From Haliotis rufescens (Eukaryota), in NCBI RefSeq assembly GCF_023055435.1, contig NW_025964223.1:40052001-40116000 (forward strand): a stretch of DNA of 64,000 bases, read 5' to 3'. A model generated the notes under the pieces. That model was given only the letters and a program-made list of their open reading frames with translations, searched no databases and had not been told where the DNA came from. The position numbers and the translations under genes were made by a program. Shown here in pieces: positions 1-12,075 of the stretch (the stretch's first letter is position 1; each line of letters begins with the position of its first letter).

Positions 1-357
1 TCGTGCAAAAACATCCAAGCAACACCAAAGTGCTGACCGGGGGTTAAAACAGACCAACATAGAATGCAAAGCACTCCTCAAACGGACAGAACCCTTTACA
101 ACCATCTCATTAAAAGTTTCCCAGTTTATTTTATTGACAGATGAAAATTGTTTTCAGACACATTTTATGTACTTTATGGACCTTTCACCTGAAGTAATAA
201 TAAGTGACATGCTGGTTAATTTAGATTCATGCTCTGGACAACACACGCTGTTGTTAAAAATGTATTTCGTCTGATGACCTGGGAATATAAAAACAATGAC
301 ATAAGACATTTTGATGGAATTTGTTTAATAATGTCAAAGTTGAGGAATATATCATTA

Positions 358-3300
358 TCATGACTTTAAGTCAGTTTGGACAAACTTGGCTGTGACAAGA
401 GCAACTGAAGAAACATGTCCCGCTGTCATGTTGTTAGAGAAGTGAATCTGTACTTGGTTAGGCCCGGTGGCAAACAGGGAGGTTGGGACAGCAAACTCCC
501 AGACCTCCCAAAAGGTGGTACTTCCAATCATGTTGGCATCATACAGCTTATAGAAAGATTCAAGGAGGTGGAGGTTCAAGGTAAGATATGATACACTGTT
601 TCTTCATTAATCGGCCAACTGGCAGAAACTCTCAGTCTGGCACTGTGATATTGACCATTTGGAAGAGCTATTACTGTTAAGGCGATATTGCCCTTGATTG
701 ATATAAGTGTATCAGCTCCGTAGTATGTGGTTTCATTGAGTGTGACATTAGGTAGTTGGTCTGAGGGGGTCTTGAATGTGAAGTGACATGTTGCTTCAGG
801 AGGAAGTTCAACAATTCCCTGGGTTTTCTGGATATCGAAGGTTTCATTGAATGTGATGACTGGGTACCAGTCGTCCTTGATGGTGATACAAGTAGCTTCT
901 CCATTGGTTGGTTTGATCCAGTCGTCTTCAAAGTCTAGCTTCACGGCCTGTGACTTCTGAGAATAGCTATGCAAAAGAATGACGGTTTCATTATGTAGGG
1001 AACTAGACATTGCTAACGGCGACACCGTTCGTTCCACTCCATCATACTGGCTGGTAGTTCTGATAAAGGAGTAGTCTGGCGTGAATTTGTACCAGAACTT
1101 GAAGACGTCGATGACACGTTTAGGTCGTCCTCGGTTAGTGAAAAGTTGCGAGTTGGGAAAAGGATATTCATTATTGGCTAAAAGAAACACCACTGTTCTG
1201 TCAATGTATTCCCTAAGACCTAGCTGGGTAAATCGGTGGGCATTGGAGTGGTATATTGTTGCAAAATCTACTATTGCTGATGGAGCAGTTGGGCTGATTC
1301 CTTTCACGATGTCGCGACCATACTCACTGATAACAAGGGGGACAATCTTCCCTGTCTTCAGAGAGGCATAATTTTCAACCAGGTCGACAAATGCTACTAA
1401 CCTTGCTTCATTCATCCCAGTGAAATTGTGAGATTTTCCCGAGACTATAAGTGAGTTGTACGAATGAAAGGAAAACACATCTAAATAGTCTAAAGTGAGG
1501 TCCATGAAATTTGCCACTGTTTTCCAGTCGGTAAAGTTGTTTCTGTCCGAATTTCTGGCGAAACCATCAAGTGTGGGACCAGTAACTTTGATGTTAAATC
1601 TTGCATGGAGTTTCTCCGCAACTGATTTGTGGAACGTGGCAACTGTTGTGAAATTCAAGATGTTAAATTTGGTGTCCGGTTCATTCATGGGTTCAATGTA
1701 GGGTGGGATCTGTCCTTTGGTGAAATCATAAACTCCTTGCACCATCAACATCATGAACTCTGCAGCAGCATCGACGTTGTTGGGGAATTGACCTGCATGT
1801 TCGGACTGGTTCATCCAACTCGGGTAAAACAAACCTGTAAATAGCATGTGAAAAAACACGTTCGTAAATGAACACAAAAGAAACGGTTTTCAATACTTGA
1901 AGCCTCAAATGTATGGCCTAATTAAGAATGATATATCATTGCCAAAGTCATCATCACATCTTGATTTGTTCTTCTGATTCATGTGTTTCAGTTTTATTAT
2001 GCTTAGTACTGTCCAATAGAAATAGATTGTTCTCTTCAGAATTTTTATTATCAAGAAGCATAACATACCACATGCCTCTCGACCTTCTTGTCTCATAGTG
2101 TCTCCTGTTTTGTAAAGCACTTCATTTAGGCCAAAAATGGTATAAATCATTGGAGCGTGATGTGTATTTTGAAAGTTCGCATCATCAGATAATTCCTTTC
2201 TACAAGTCACTATGTTACTATTGTATGTTATAATACGACCTTTTCTGCAATATCCTTACTTAAGAAAATCAAAAATAACATTACAGCCATATAGCGATTA
2301 TAAGTGAGTGAGTGGTTTTACGCCGCTTTTGGCAATGTTCCAGGGAAATCACGGCGGAGAACACCAGAAATGGGCTTCACACATTGTACCCATGTGGGGA
2401 ATCGAACCCGGCTCTTCGGCGTGACGAGCGAACGCTTCAACCACTGGGCTACCCCACCGCCCCTCGTGACTATCAAATGTTATGCATAATATATACATTT
2501 AAACAATAAAAGCCTCTCAACAAAGGACAGTAAAATAACTAGAACATCACAGATTTAAGTTTTAAACTAGCATACAACCATAAAAAGATAAAACTATATA
2601 TAACAATATAATATAAAAACGGCCCATAGATCGCCAGCAACGAAAGGTATTTCACCATAATAGGGACAATGGGGACTTACAGTACCTTTAATACCTGTAT
2701 GGACCCCAGCAGGATTTACATCATCCCTGTTGGCGATTATTGATCAATTTAGCCAAACATTAAGACAACACATGTGACAGAAATAAAACTACTTTGATAG
2801 GGGTGGTCTTACATACCCTCGCAGGGGGACAATACGTTTACACTACTTCAACCTCCTTCGAGGACACAGCCACTAAGAATCTCAGTTATTAAATTATAAA
2901 AAATAGTCCTTGATTATATCCAAAACATGTCAATCAAAATGTCTTGACCAATTCTATTTCTTTAAAAAACACACCAAGAATTAAATGAGAACTGATATAA
3001 TTGTTAAAAATATCATTTAGGGATGAAACTTTTAGTTGTCCCTTGTGATGGAAAATAAACATAAATAAACAATATATTGCCCGCTCAATAAGGAAGATAT
3101 TCATTTGATGTTGTGAAACAAACATCAAATGAAACCGTTATGTACAACATTGTATCCTGGTATATTTGATAACACTTGTTTGCGTATTGGACTATTTCGA
3201 TATATTATGGTATTTTTCCCTTTTTGGCTTTGTGCATTAATACTGTCTTACCTCTCGACATCATGATCATGTCGTTCTCATAACCACTGTTAATGTTAGC

Positions 3301-4698
3301 AAGGTACAAGGAAAACAGTTCCTTCTGCTTGGTGGCATTCTTCAAGTAGCTGGGATCTGGGTAGCCGCTACGGTTTGGATCCTCAGGCCACTGAATTGAA
3401 TATTTATTTTATCAAGTAAACATTCAGTTAGGAGAAGAACATGATGTGTCTTAAGGAGTTATTAAATATTCATACCTAGAAAATACAATCGCAGCCTATT
3501 TCTAAGTATGTTCAAACTGCTGTGAGGCTTTGGTGACGTCTCTGCGGAATGGTATGGCGTCATACGCTTCCATGACGACTTTCACGCAGCTAAATCTGAA
3601 AAGCAGTTTTTCTGACAAGTATTAGTCACGCCCATTAAATAACGAATTATAGTTCCCATGTCCAATGTCATGTTTCCAAATTTGGATTATGATACCTATG
3701 AACTGAAGTAACCATACGCAATGAAATGTTCCTTAGTACATGTAGTTCAAATCACATTTAACAGCGTGTTTCAACCAATCATAATGCGGCACATGCCCCC
3801 ATTTGTTTTGCAATGTATGTTAACATAAATATCATGTCGGCAGAATACCTAAAATCACACGATGTCACACTTCTTCTTATGTTCAGTGGTTGTGAAGAGA
3901 CTGAAGGTTTTTTTACATGCAATAACGCCCCGTGGATAAACAATTACTGATAACATTACTGACAGGACTTAAAACAATTACCATTTACACTGTATTCTGA
4001 TTTGTTTGGCTGTATAAAGTTATATATAATATTCCACTTAGTGACATTTTGTAAACATTTGTCAGTGCATATTAACAAAAACATTTATGTCAACCTGAAC
4101 AGCAGCGAAAATATGGCGTCAAGATTTATTTAGTCATTCTTATTTTCAGTTGTATTGACATTATATTTTCATTTCTGCTGTTGCATGTGGGCTATTGTTT
4201 GAAAGTAATTTGCTGTCAGTTCAGTAGCTAGGTTTAGTATCACGTGCCTGCACAGCAGAAATATATTTTTGCAACACGATATTTTAAGAAATATTGAAGT
4301 TCTTCCTGCTGTTTAGATCTCATTTGAAATGAACATATTATAAATAATAAAGTATAATCGTCACTGAACTTTCAATGTTAAGGTCCAATATCTCTATATA
4401 CAAATTGAATGTATTATCAAGTAAGTAGTATCTGGTATTATGTATGAGGTGATCTTACATCTTCGAAGAGACGATAACTAAAGCCATTGTTATTCCAGCG
4501 CCCAGCGTCAGTCCGAAGGTTCCGACATTCGGGAATAAGGGACTCCTGATCAAGGCTATTGTGCTTGTTCCACCTGTTACTGTCATAGCGAGCACTACCT
4601 CCCTGTGCCAACCATTGAGAGTGGATCGTCACCGTCGTGTCGCTGTACACACCGCCTATTGACAGGCTCAAAGTGAAATAGGCCAGCATCCATTTCAT
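358..4698 (-). pseudogene. GH86 beta-porphyranase/beta-agarase-like gene, copy 1; exons 4459-4698, 3252-3390, 358-1834; 1-bp frameshift near 600-603 (pseudogene, truncated allele or assembly error)
   Basis: Exon 1 MKWMLAYFTLSLSIGGVYSD...RLFED|GTAAG; exon 2 cag|WPEDPNRSGYPDP...MIMMSR-G|GTAAG; exon 3 cag|GLFYPSW...EPMNEP...FSFHSY...ISEYG. ORFs 576-1877 and 358-579 join only through a frame change; sequence near 595-610 (cactgtttcttcatt) is one base shorter than copy 6 (cactgtttgtttcatt). Confidence 0.8.
2304..2463 (-). mobile_element. tRNA-derived SINE, family A ((ACTC)n tail), in intron 2 of copy 1
   Basis: Reverse complement has A box TAGCCCAGTGGTTGAAGCG, B box GGTTCGATTCCC, body GAAGCCCATTTCTGGTGT and tail GCGGCGTAAAACCACTCACTCAC; homologous to 19660-19822 and 59088-59250. 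Confidence 0.85.
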
Positions 4699-4749
4699 TT
4701 TCTGTGAATTGTAAAGTTCACTGGATTGTGACCTTGGCGTAGTGTCGAA

Positions 4750-5315
4750 GACTATATATCGCCTTCTTCCCGAGGCAAAGGAGTTAACTGACTATAAAAG
4801 TCCAGTTTCCACCCTTTCCGAACTAGGCTGGTATTATGGAGTTACGTTTTGTCTGGACTAACGAGTCTATGAATAGTCTAATCAAAATCGCGCACCGAAA
4901 TCAAAATCCGGTTCGTAAACTGTCGTGCAGATTTCGATCGATTGCAGGGTTTGCAAAGCATGTGCATCGCCAATTCGTTGTCAGCAGATATTTTCCAAAT
5001 CCTTTCATGTTTTTAATCAAGGTGCTCACGTGATTTGATGCATTTCGCGATGACCCGTTTTATCACAATATAGATCTTGATTTTCGATCAGATCGTCTTG
5101 ACTGGGCGCCACAATTTTGTGTGAAGCAAACGCAAGTGATACGAGAGGTGGAATCTGATTGGTCCATAGGAGAGGCTTAGAAGGGACATAATTGGTAATA
5201 GCCACTTGGGGCGCAACGATCGAGCCCAGTAATTCCAGCCTAGTTCGGCAAGGGTGGAAACTGGACTTTTAAAGTCAGTTAACTCCCTTGCCTCAGGAAG
5301 ATGATATATCGTTAA
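4750..5315. mobile_element. MITE-like element with about 90-bp terminal inverted repeats immediately upstream of the copy 1 ATG
   Basis: 4750-4840 (cttcccgaggcaaaggagttaactgactataaaagtccagtttccaccctttccgaactaggctgg) is the near-perfect reverse complement of 5225-5315; absent upstream of copies 5 and 6. Confidence 0.75.
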
Positions 5316-5564
5316 CTTGGACATGGACTAAACGATGCGAGATCGATACTTCTCCATTATTTTCATTATCACCATCATTATTATCATCATCAATCCTTTA
5401 CGGATCTGACTATTGATATAAGGCCAACAGGCAGCATATGCATACAGTTGTTCAAAAAGTAATGTATTTTCGCAAATACAACATGTAAAACAGTGGACGT
5501 AATGGACAGAGACGTAATGATATGAACGTTTTTTTATGGATAACAACTTCTCTATTATTTGTTA

Positions 5565-5815
5565 CAACGTTTCGGGGCTACATTCTGTCACCTTATCAGG
5601 TGAATATTGAGTATTTGTATGTGAGTTATTATATATACCTTCTGATATGTGCATTTATGTGCATTTATGGTAGGATTAATGTACAAAGGTAATATATACG
5701 CAGTCACAGTGCACCTGAAGTAGTCCTGAAACGTGTTATAGTGAATTCTTAGTTATTTCAGACACAAAAAGGTTCATATCTTTCTGTTCTTCAAACTTCT
5801 AAATGCCTTTTGAAA
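5565..5815. repeat. Penelope-like pseudo-LTR remnant with degenerate hammerhead-ribozyme-like motifs in opposite orientations
   Basis: Minus strand CACCTGATAAGGTG...CCCCGAAACGTTG (about 5565-5612) and plus strand CACCTGAAGTAGTCCTGAAACGTG (about 5712-5735); related copies at 43630-43745, 50245-50410 and 56450-56912. Confidence 0.45.
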
Positions 5816-6483
5816 ACCAACATAGACGTAGATTATCAGCAGGTTTCTTGGTTCCATGAGCAGGAGTTGTAACCCACAATGGTCGACACACAAGCTACCA
5901 GGCTTTACGACTTGGAAGCCTTGTAAACGTAAAAAAAAGGAATCTCTTGAAAACTGCAGATGCGTTTCTTTTTAATAGGAGCTCATACATGGAGATAAAG
6001 CAAGTCTGACTGGGACAACTGCGTTGTCTTGAGGAACGAACGTGGCAATCTCTGGCATTCTTTTTGTCAGATCACATACGATGAGCAGATATCATAGCAA
6101 TGTATGTAACTGCATGGCTCATTTCAAAAATAAACAGTTCGTCTTACAATCCGACCTATCCTGGTAAATTGAGTCAAAATTAGAAAATTGATAGGTAATT
6201 AGCATTTTGGAATGACAACACTTAGAATGATTTGGGGGCCCAAAACCAGAACCATTTTCTTCTTTTTATACACGTGAGCTGCTTTGAACGCACGATTCGT
6301 CAAAGGTCACGTTCCGGGTGGGTCATGAATTAGTTTCCAACCATTATCTTAACTTTCTATCTGTGCAATTTCTAAATAAGGGATACACTTACGCAATTTT
6401 CGATCTTTTGGGGAAGCATGTTCTTTACAATGTAACACTATTAACAAGTAATGATACCTTGTGTAAAAGCAGCTCATTCATTC

Positions 6484-7211
6484 CTCTGGCCACTACAATC
6501 AATATACCCATTTGTAAATACTCATCAATGCATATTAGAATGGACATATACCGTCAGCCATAATAGCAGCCATAATGTGGCGTCGAGTTTGGTATATTCT
6601 CTATCTTTGTCAATGGTAAAGATGCTGAAATGTTGAAATTAATTACGAACATTACAAAATTCGATATATTCATATTTTAAAGATTTGCTTTTATTTTTGT
6701 TGTAACATGCTTGGCAATATTCGACATGTTTTTGGCACTTCGACATTTCTCTCAGTTCATTAGACATCTAATCATGAAATAACATGTGTCTTAAGTACTT
6801 CAAATATATTTTTTGTAGGCATTCTAAGACAAAAATGGAATTGTTTTTTTTCTTGATATTGATGAATATGATTTTAATCGAAATAGCAAAGGGTCACCAA
6901 GTTCGTGAAATGGTTGCATAAAATAATTATATACTATTACATTATCAGCGTTTGACTTTTCAATGTGATGATGTCACATATGTTGTTATTCATCAGTTGA
7001 TCTCACGTCATTATATTCTTCACAATCTGTTATTCCAGCGCCCACTATTAGTGGATGTTGAGGGATGTTCGATCCAGGCAATTGTGCTTGTTCCACCTTT
7101 TACTGTCTTAGTGAGCACTACCTCCCTGTGACAACCATCGGGGTGGATCGTTACGGTGGTGTCACTGTATACACCGCCCACTGTCAGGGACAAAGTGTAA
7201 AAGACCTGTGT
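6484..7211 (-). pseudogene. Relic GH86-like gene (copy 3/4 type): decayed exon 1 (about 7007-7211) plus first codons of exon 2 (about 6484-6492)
   Basis: Exon-1 homology (ttgtgcttgttccacc...gcactacctccctgtg...gtgtcactgtatacaccgcc) with in-frame TAA, deletions and no ATG; donor ctcac at 7002-7006; tag|TGGCCAGAG exon-2 start; intervening sequence matches copy 3 intron 1. Confidence 0.75.
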
Positions 7212-7339
7212 ATACGGTGACCTGGTTTCGTTTCACTGACGAAACTTATTTAACATCAACTATAAAACGGACTTTCAACATTGTCATTTATGGTTTAATA
7301 TGATTCTAACAGTTACACTTGTCCATATCAATTCCATGT

Positions 7340-7780
7340 TATAATCCCCAATCACGAAGTGGTGTGGGGGATATAGGAACGGAGTTCGTCCGTCCGTCCG
7401 TCCGTCTGTCCTTCCGTCCGCTTCATAAAGGGGACAAATTTTCTCAAAAACTTTTTAAGTTAGAGAAATTAAATCATACACACTGATATTACCGGTCATG
7501 ATCTTAAATGAGTTCGGAAATTGGTGTCTTTAATTAATTTATACAGAGTTATGGCCCTTGCTAGTCTTCTCAGGAACTACGGGCGTTACATGAATGAAAT
7601 GCAAGCAAGGTACTTGTCAAGACTGAGTTCGAAAATTGGTTACGTAAACAATTATTTCCAGGGTTAATTGCATCATGTTTTTTTAGATATGGAGCATGCA
7701 GAGTTACGGCCCTTGATCACTGATATTTTACAAATTGCCTTTTGACATAAAACGACCCCGGTGCCTTTAACTTCTTAAGG
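7340..7780 (+). mobile_element. Non-autonomous Helentron/DINE-1-like (HINE) element with (GTCC)n microsatellite
   Basis: TTATAATCCCC...GGGGGATATAG stem, then (CGTC)n at about 7386-7420 and repeated GAGTTA(T/C)GGCCCTTG cores at about 7545 and 7700, the typical DINE-1/HINE layout. End coordinate approximate. Confidence 0.55.
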
Positions 7781-7799
7781 CTTTATAGGACTTTATTTT

Positions 7800-10100
7800 C
7801 TCTACTATATGAACAAACAAAATTCCCATCGTGATAGCGATAACGCTGTTTTCCTGTTGTGTTTTCACTGAGCTGTTTTTATATATTCTTTAATCAGTAT
7901 ATCAGTATATCCTTTGTATTTATATGTAAACATTTAACCCAATCGATTCGGAAAATATAATAACTTTGACTGTCTAACAGCACTATTTAAATGAAGAAAA
8001 TACACGAACTTTCTATTCTGTTTCCTCGTTTACATATTACTTGACACGTGTGTTTAAATCTGTAAACCGGAGCACGGAGCTGTCAATGAAATCCGACTAC
8101 AGTAATCAATATCTTCAAGAAAATGTACTGGTATGTAGTTTCAGATACTGTGATGAAGTGAACCAGCCTTCCAAAATCGTATTTGTTCAAATGTTTGACA
8201 TCAAATATGTGAGACAGGATCCTGAAGTGCTACGAGTCTCATTAAACCATTGCCCGACAATACTAATTCTGTGTTCCAAACCTCGACGGTCATCTCTCGT
8301 TTGACAAGCTTGTAAAGGGATGAAAACCACATAAACATGTTTATGATCATAAGACAACTCTGCTAAAAGCAGAGTCGATTGTATGATTTCGACTGTATCA
8401 TTAGCATGTGTTTATGAATATATATATATATAAATAAGAAACAGATGAGGCAGTTTCACGCCTTCCAGTAAAGCCAATAATGTTTAGCATACATCATTCA
8501 GTCTGACATCTGACATGAATATAACACACATACTCACCAGACGGCTCAGGTTCAACTGGTCATTACTAAACCTTCCGACAAGATTATCAACAACTCTTAT
8601 CAACAACTTAGTGACGTCAAGTTTACATATTACTCTTTGCCATTATGGGCGTCGATTTAACGGGATAAAGCACACCGGATGTTGTCCATGTGTACTGGTT
8701 ATGTCCTTAACTCTGACGAGATGGTATGTTCTGGGTCCTTGCAGGTGATTTTTTCTTGATCCGCTAAACCTTGTCTGTAATATGGTTAGTCTGTCTGCAC
8801 TGTTTCACATAAATAAAAAGCTACAAAACCATTCAATAAGAAAGCTCTGCATAAAGCAGAGTCGATTGTACGATTCCGACTATATCATTAGCATGTGTTC
8901 ATTAAACTCTATCAAGTAGTGATGATACCAGGTGTTCGCAAAAACGTACGCGTGTCCTGCCCGACGATGGCAGCTGTCACAATCAGGCGATTCTGTTGAC
9001 ACTTACACTCTGCACTGACAAGACATCCTAGTTATTGCCTCTGGCTACAACTTAAAAATTTCCCATTTCAAGATTTCTCGTGAACTCGAATATTACCACA
9101 GACCCTTAATCAATTTGTCTTACTATGTCGCTGCACTACTGTGAACTTTGTCAACTTTTAAACTATATATTGGTATGTTGAAGTGGAATGTATGTATGTA
9201 CTCGAAGTGGAAAATATTCGTTTTCACGAGTAAATTCCTTTCCTAAAATGGCCATGTCTGGAGGCCGTGTCAAGGAGAATGATAAGGTGTCATGTCACGG
9301 AGTATGTCATGAACAACAGGCCGCCATCTTGACCTTTTATTTAACGGAAGGCGTTTTCTCAGCTCTTTTCTCAGCATATTACAACCGTACAAGTACAATC
9401 TACTCAACACGTATGCATGGGGAATGTTTATACTTGTTAAAACAAACATGGATCTATGAATTGTTCCAAAAAAACATATTGTGAAGTGAAACAAAGTACT
9501 CTCATTAAACCTAGGGCCTTCCCGCTGAAAGAAATATAAATCGATAGATGCATCAAGTTGTCTAAACATACTTATCTTTTGAACAGTACAGCATACATTT
9601 TCATTAGAGATTGTGTAGGGAGACTTCAAACAATCCATAACTAATTTCTCTTGTCTACCAAAACAAAGATGCATAATGCTCAAATGCTGTTTAAAGTTTT
9701 AGAACTTTTAACGACAACGAGGGTTCCATATCCCGGGCATGTAGCCCTGAAATAGATCTAAGACAACCATGTGTGTCGTAACCAAATAACAAGCAACTAT
9801 ATGCGAATTGGTCACCGAAAACTAACATTTGCATTAGTCTTGTGATGGTATCAAATTTGAACGGCTCAAAAATGTAAAAAATCAAATAGAAAAGATTGGG
9901 ACATCCCAGCTTATCCCGTTACGTTGTAAAAAGTAGGTGGAGATATATTGGTGGTCACTTGCCCTGGAAGCGAATGGGTGAGAACAGGAAAGGATGTTAT
10001 TCGTGTTTCTGAGATATTACCTGCTCCTCATCAACCGCGATACACAATGTGCAATTGTATCTAATGTATCATTTATTTAGGGAACACTCGCACAGATATT
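7800..10100. repeat. Intergenic block duplicated with the array (homologous to about 35500-36760, 43200-46800 and 53520-53877), containing highly degraded Penelope-like sequence
   Basis: Shared strings such as gtctggagg(c/t)cgtgtcaaggagaatg(a/g)taaggtgtcatgtca at about 9256 and 35913 (diverged copy about 45700), and tttgacatcaaatatgtgagacaggatcc at about 8194 and 44308. The minus-strand frame near 45150-45330 gives GIY-YIG-like remnants (TSGLLYPVK...RFKEHL). Confidence 0.7.
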
Positions 10101-10224
10101 ACAACTGAGGAAAGGGAACGACAATTTAATATTAGGGGGAGGGGGTGTAATTTTTTCAGCTTCAGCTACAAACCATAACGGACGGTGCTGTGAGGTGAGG
10201 TGGCACAAGTTTGGATGTGATAAG

Positions 10225-10445
10225 GTGAGTGAGTGAGTCGGGGTTAACGCCGCTTTTAACAGTTTTATTGCGGCGTGTCAGCTTAATTTGGGAGGAAAGC
10301 CCGAAATGATGCAGTTCTCAGAACTTTACCATTTCGGTGAAACCCACGAGCATGGGTATGGTGCTGACAAACCTAGAAACATAATCGAGGCGAACCGGGA
10401 TTCGAACTCACAATCAAAGGTTTCTGGTGGGCCACCCGTGCCCCG
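10225..10445 (-). mobile_element. SINE family B (GGCTTTCCTCCC core, (ACTC)n tail), internally deleted
   Basis: Reverse complement of the element at 24553-24818. Confidence 0.8.
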
Positions 10446-10920
10446 GATGTGATAAGGACAACTCGATGTTGGAGAAGTAAACTCGGACCAGGTTATATGA
10501 TGTTGTAGCTTACAAATAGGTAGGAACACCAAACCTCCAAACTTCCAATCGGTGTCGTCGCAAAACTTGTCAACTCAAAAAGCTTATAGAAAGATGATGT
10601 GGAAGATGATAGATTGTTTGTTAGATTGGTTGACTTGCTAATCACAGTATTTCATTGAGTTAACAGAAATCATAATCATGTTCTAATTTTACATTAGACA
10701 GAGAAGAACGACTTTGTAATCAATCCAGTGACTATTTAAAAAGTTTAAAGTGAAAACTACCAAAAGCAGTTACAAAACAACCTATCGGAAACTTACACAC
10801 AGATGGGTATATAGAACGAATTGATCAGGCCTGTATTAAATTAACAACAGCAATTTGAAATCATTATGTTGTATAACATTTGTTTAGCTGATGCATCACG
10901 AAATGGTGTAGCGTTTTATA

Positions 10921-11736
10921 TACTGAACCGCAAAAGAAACGTCAACCCAAGTAACATTGCATGAAAAATTGTAATTTAATATTTGGGTAATTTTTATCAA
11001 AATTTCTAAGATTTAACATTACCTTGTCCGGAAAATAATAATTTGATGATAAAAAGACAAAGCAGATGACAATAAACCCGATCGCCCAAACGTATTACGG
11101 CAAAGGCCATGGTAACCCGATGCACGTGAGTTCCGTGCAAATTGAAATGCACATGCGTTCCCCAATTTCTCGCCCTATAATAGATCGGATAACATTCATT
11201 CGTTATTGAATTGCTACCACATGCCAAGATAGACAAGAAACCAGCGACACCAAGTTCTTGGACGATTGAAATCGCCCGCCAAGTAGCCAATGCATTTCAA
11301 GTCCACGTGAGGACCATATACAGGCCACCAACACTACAGATGACCGACCACGTAGTGGAAGACCAAGTCCCGATTTAAATCCCACTGAAAGCATGTTGGA
11401 CGAGACGGCTGAATGACGTCCGACCAAGGCCAACAACTGCAGCTGAACTGCGTCAGGCGTTCCTCAGAGTGTGGGCTCAAGTGCCTATGGCCCACATCAA
11501 CCGCCTCATCCATTCCATGTATCGACGTTGCACGGCAGTCATCAATGCACATGGCGAACACACGAGATACTGACTAGCGTTGTGTTTAAGAACATTTGAC
11601 ACTTTAATTTCAACCTTGATGATCAGTTTTTTCAAGTTTCATCTTTTTAATATGTCTCAAAGGATGTTTACAGTATTTGGACAAATAAGGTTTCTCATAT
11701 ATCTATCCATGGTGACGTTTCTTTTGCAGTTCAGTA
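10921..11736 (+). mobile_element. Internally deleted Tc1/mariner transposon with intact TIRs
   Basis: TIR TACTGAACCGCAAAAGAAACGTCAAC at 10921 and reverse complement GGTGACGTTTCTTTTGCAGTTCAGTA ending 11736, flanked by TA. Transposase C-terminal remnant SPDLNP...RPRPTTAAELRQAFLRVWAQVP...SMYRRCTAVINAHGEHTRY* at about 11360-11573. Confidence 0.9.
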
Positions 11737-12075
11737 TATAACCAGTATGCTAACAGAATGGATGCAACGGTGATCGTCCCATGTCTTTCCTTAGTACTAA
11801 ACAAACCTCATCAAGGTTGATTAGAATTTCCCGAAAGCATGTTCCTTGTCATAAGGAAATACCCTTATTACTTCCTATCAATATCCAGTTCTAAAAGTTT
11901 TAAAAGCATCAGCACCGAAACGTAACTTGAATCTCCATGCTCCGCGTCATGCACGAGGTTACTAAGGCGCTAAGGCGAGCCCCCAGTCACCTTCCAGGAA
12001 CACAATAACAAATATATGAGGAACGACAAAACAATTTATATCAATTCAATGCAAAATTATTTGTCAGTAATATTA

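Noticed and set aside
677-931. Alternative-frame ORF MKTTGSNQP... repeated in several copies
   Set aside because: Out-of-frame by-product inside exon 3 with no independent start context or recognisable motif.
1081-1844. Recurrent plus-strand ORFs overlapping exon 3 (e.g. 1081-1371, 12770-13093, 20972-21205, 29098-29331, 37998-38341)
   Set aside because: Antisense shadows of the hydrolase coding sequence; they recur only because the genes are paralogous.
2304-2463. tRNA genes (also 19660, 27220, 33550 and 59088 regions)
   Set aside because: A/B boxes are followed by SINE bodies and microsatellite tails, sometimes with TSDs; no complete cloverleaf is evident.
9188-9683. ORFs in the shared intergenic block (also 35911-36135)
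   Set aside because: Frames are not conserved between the duplicated copies and no motif is recognisable.
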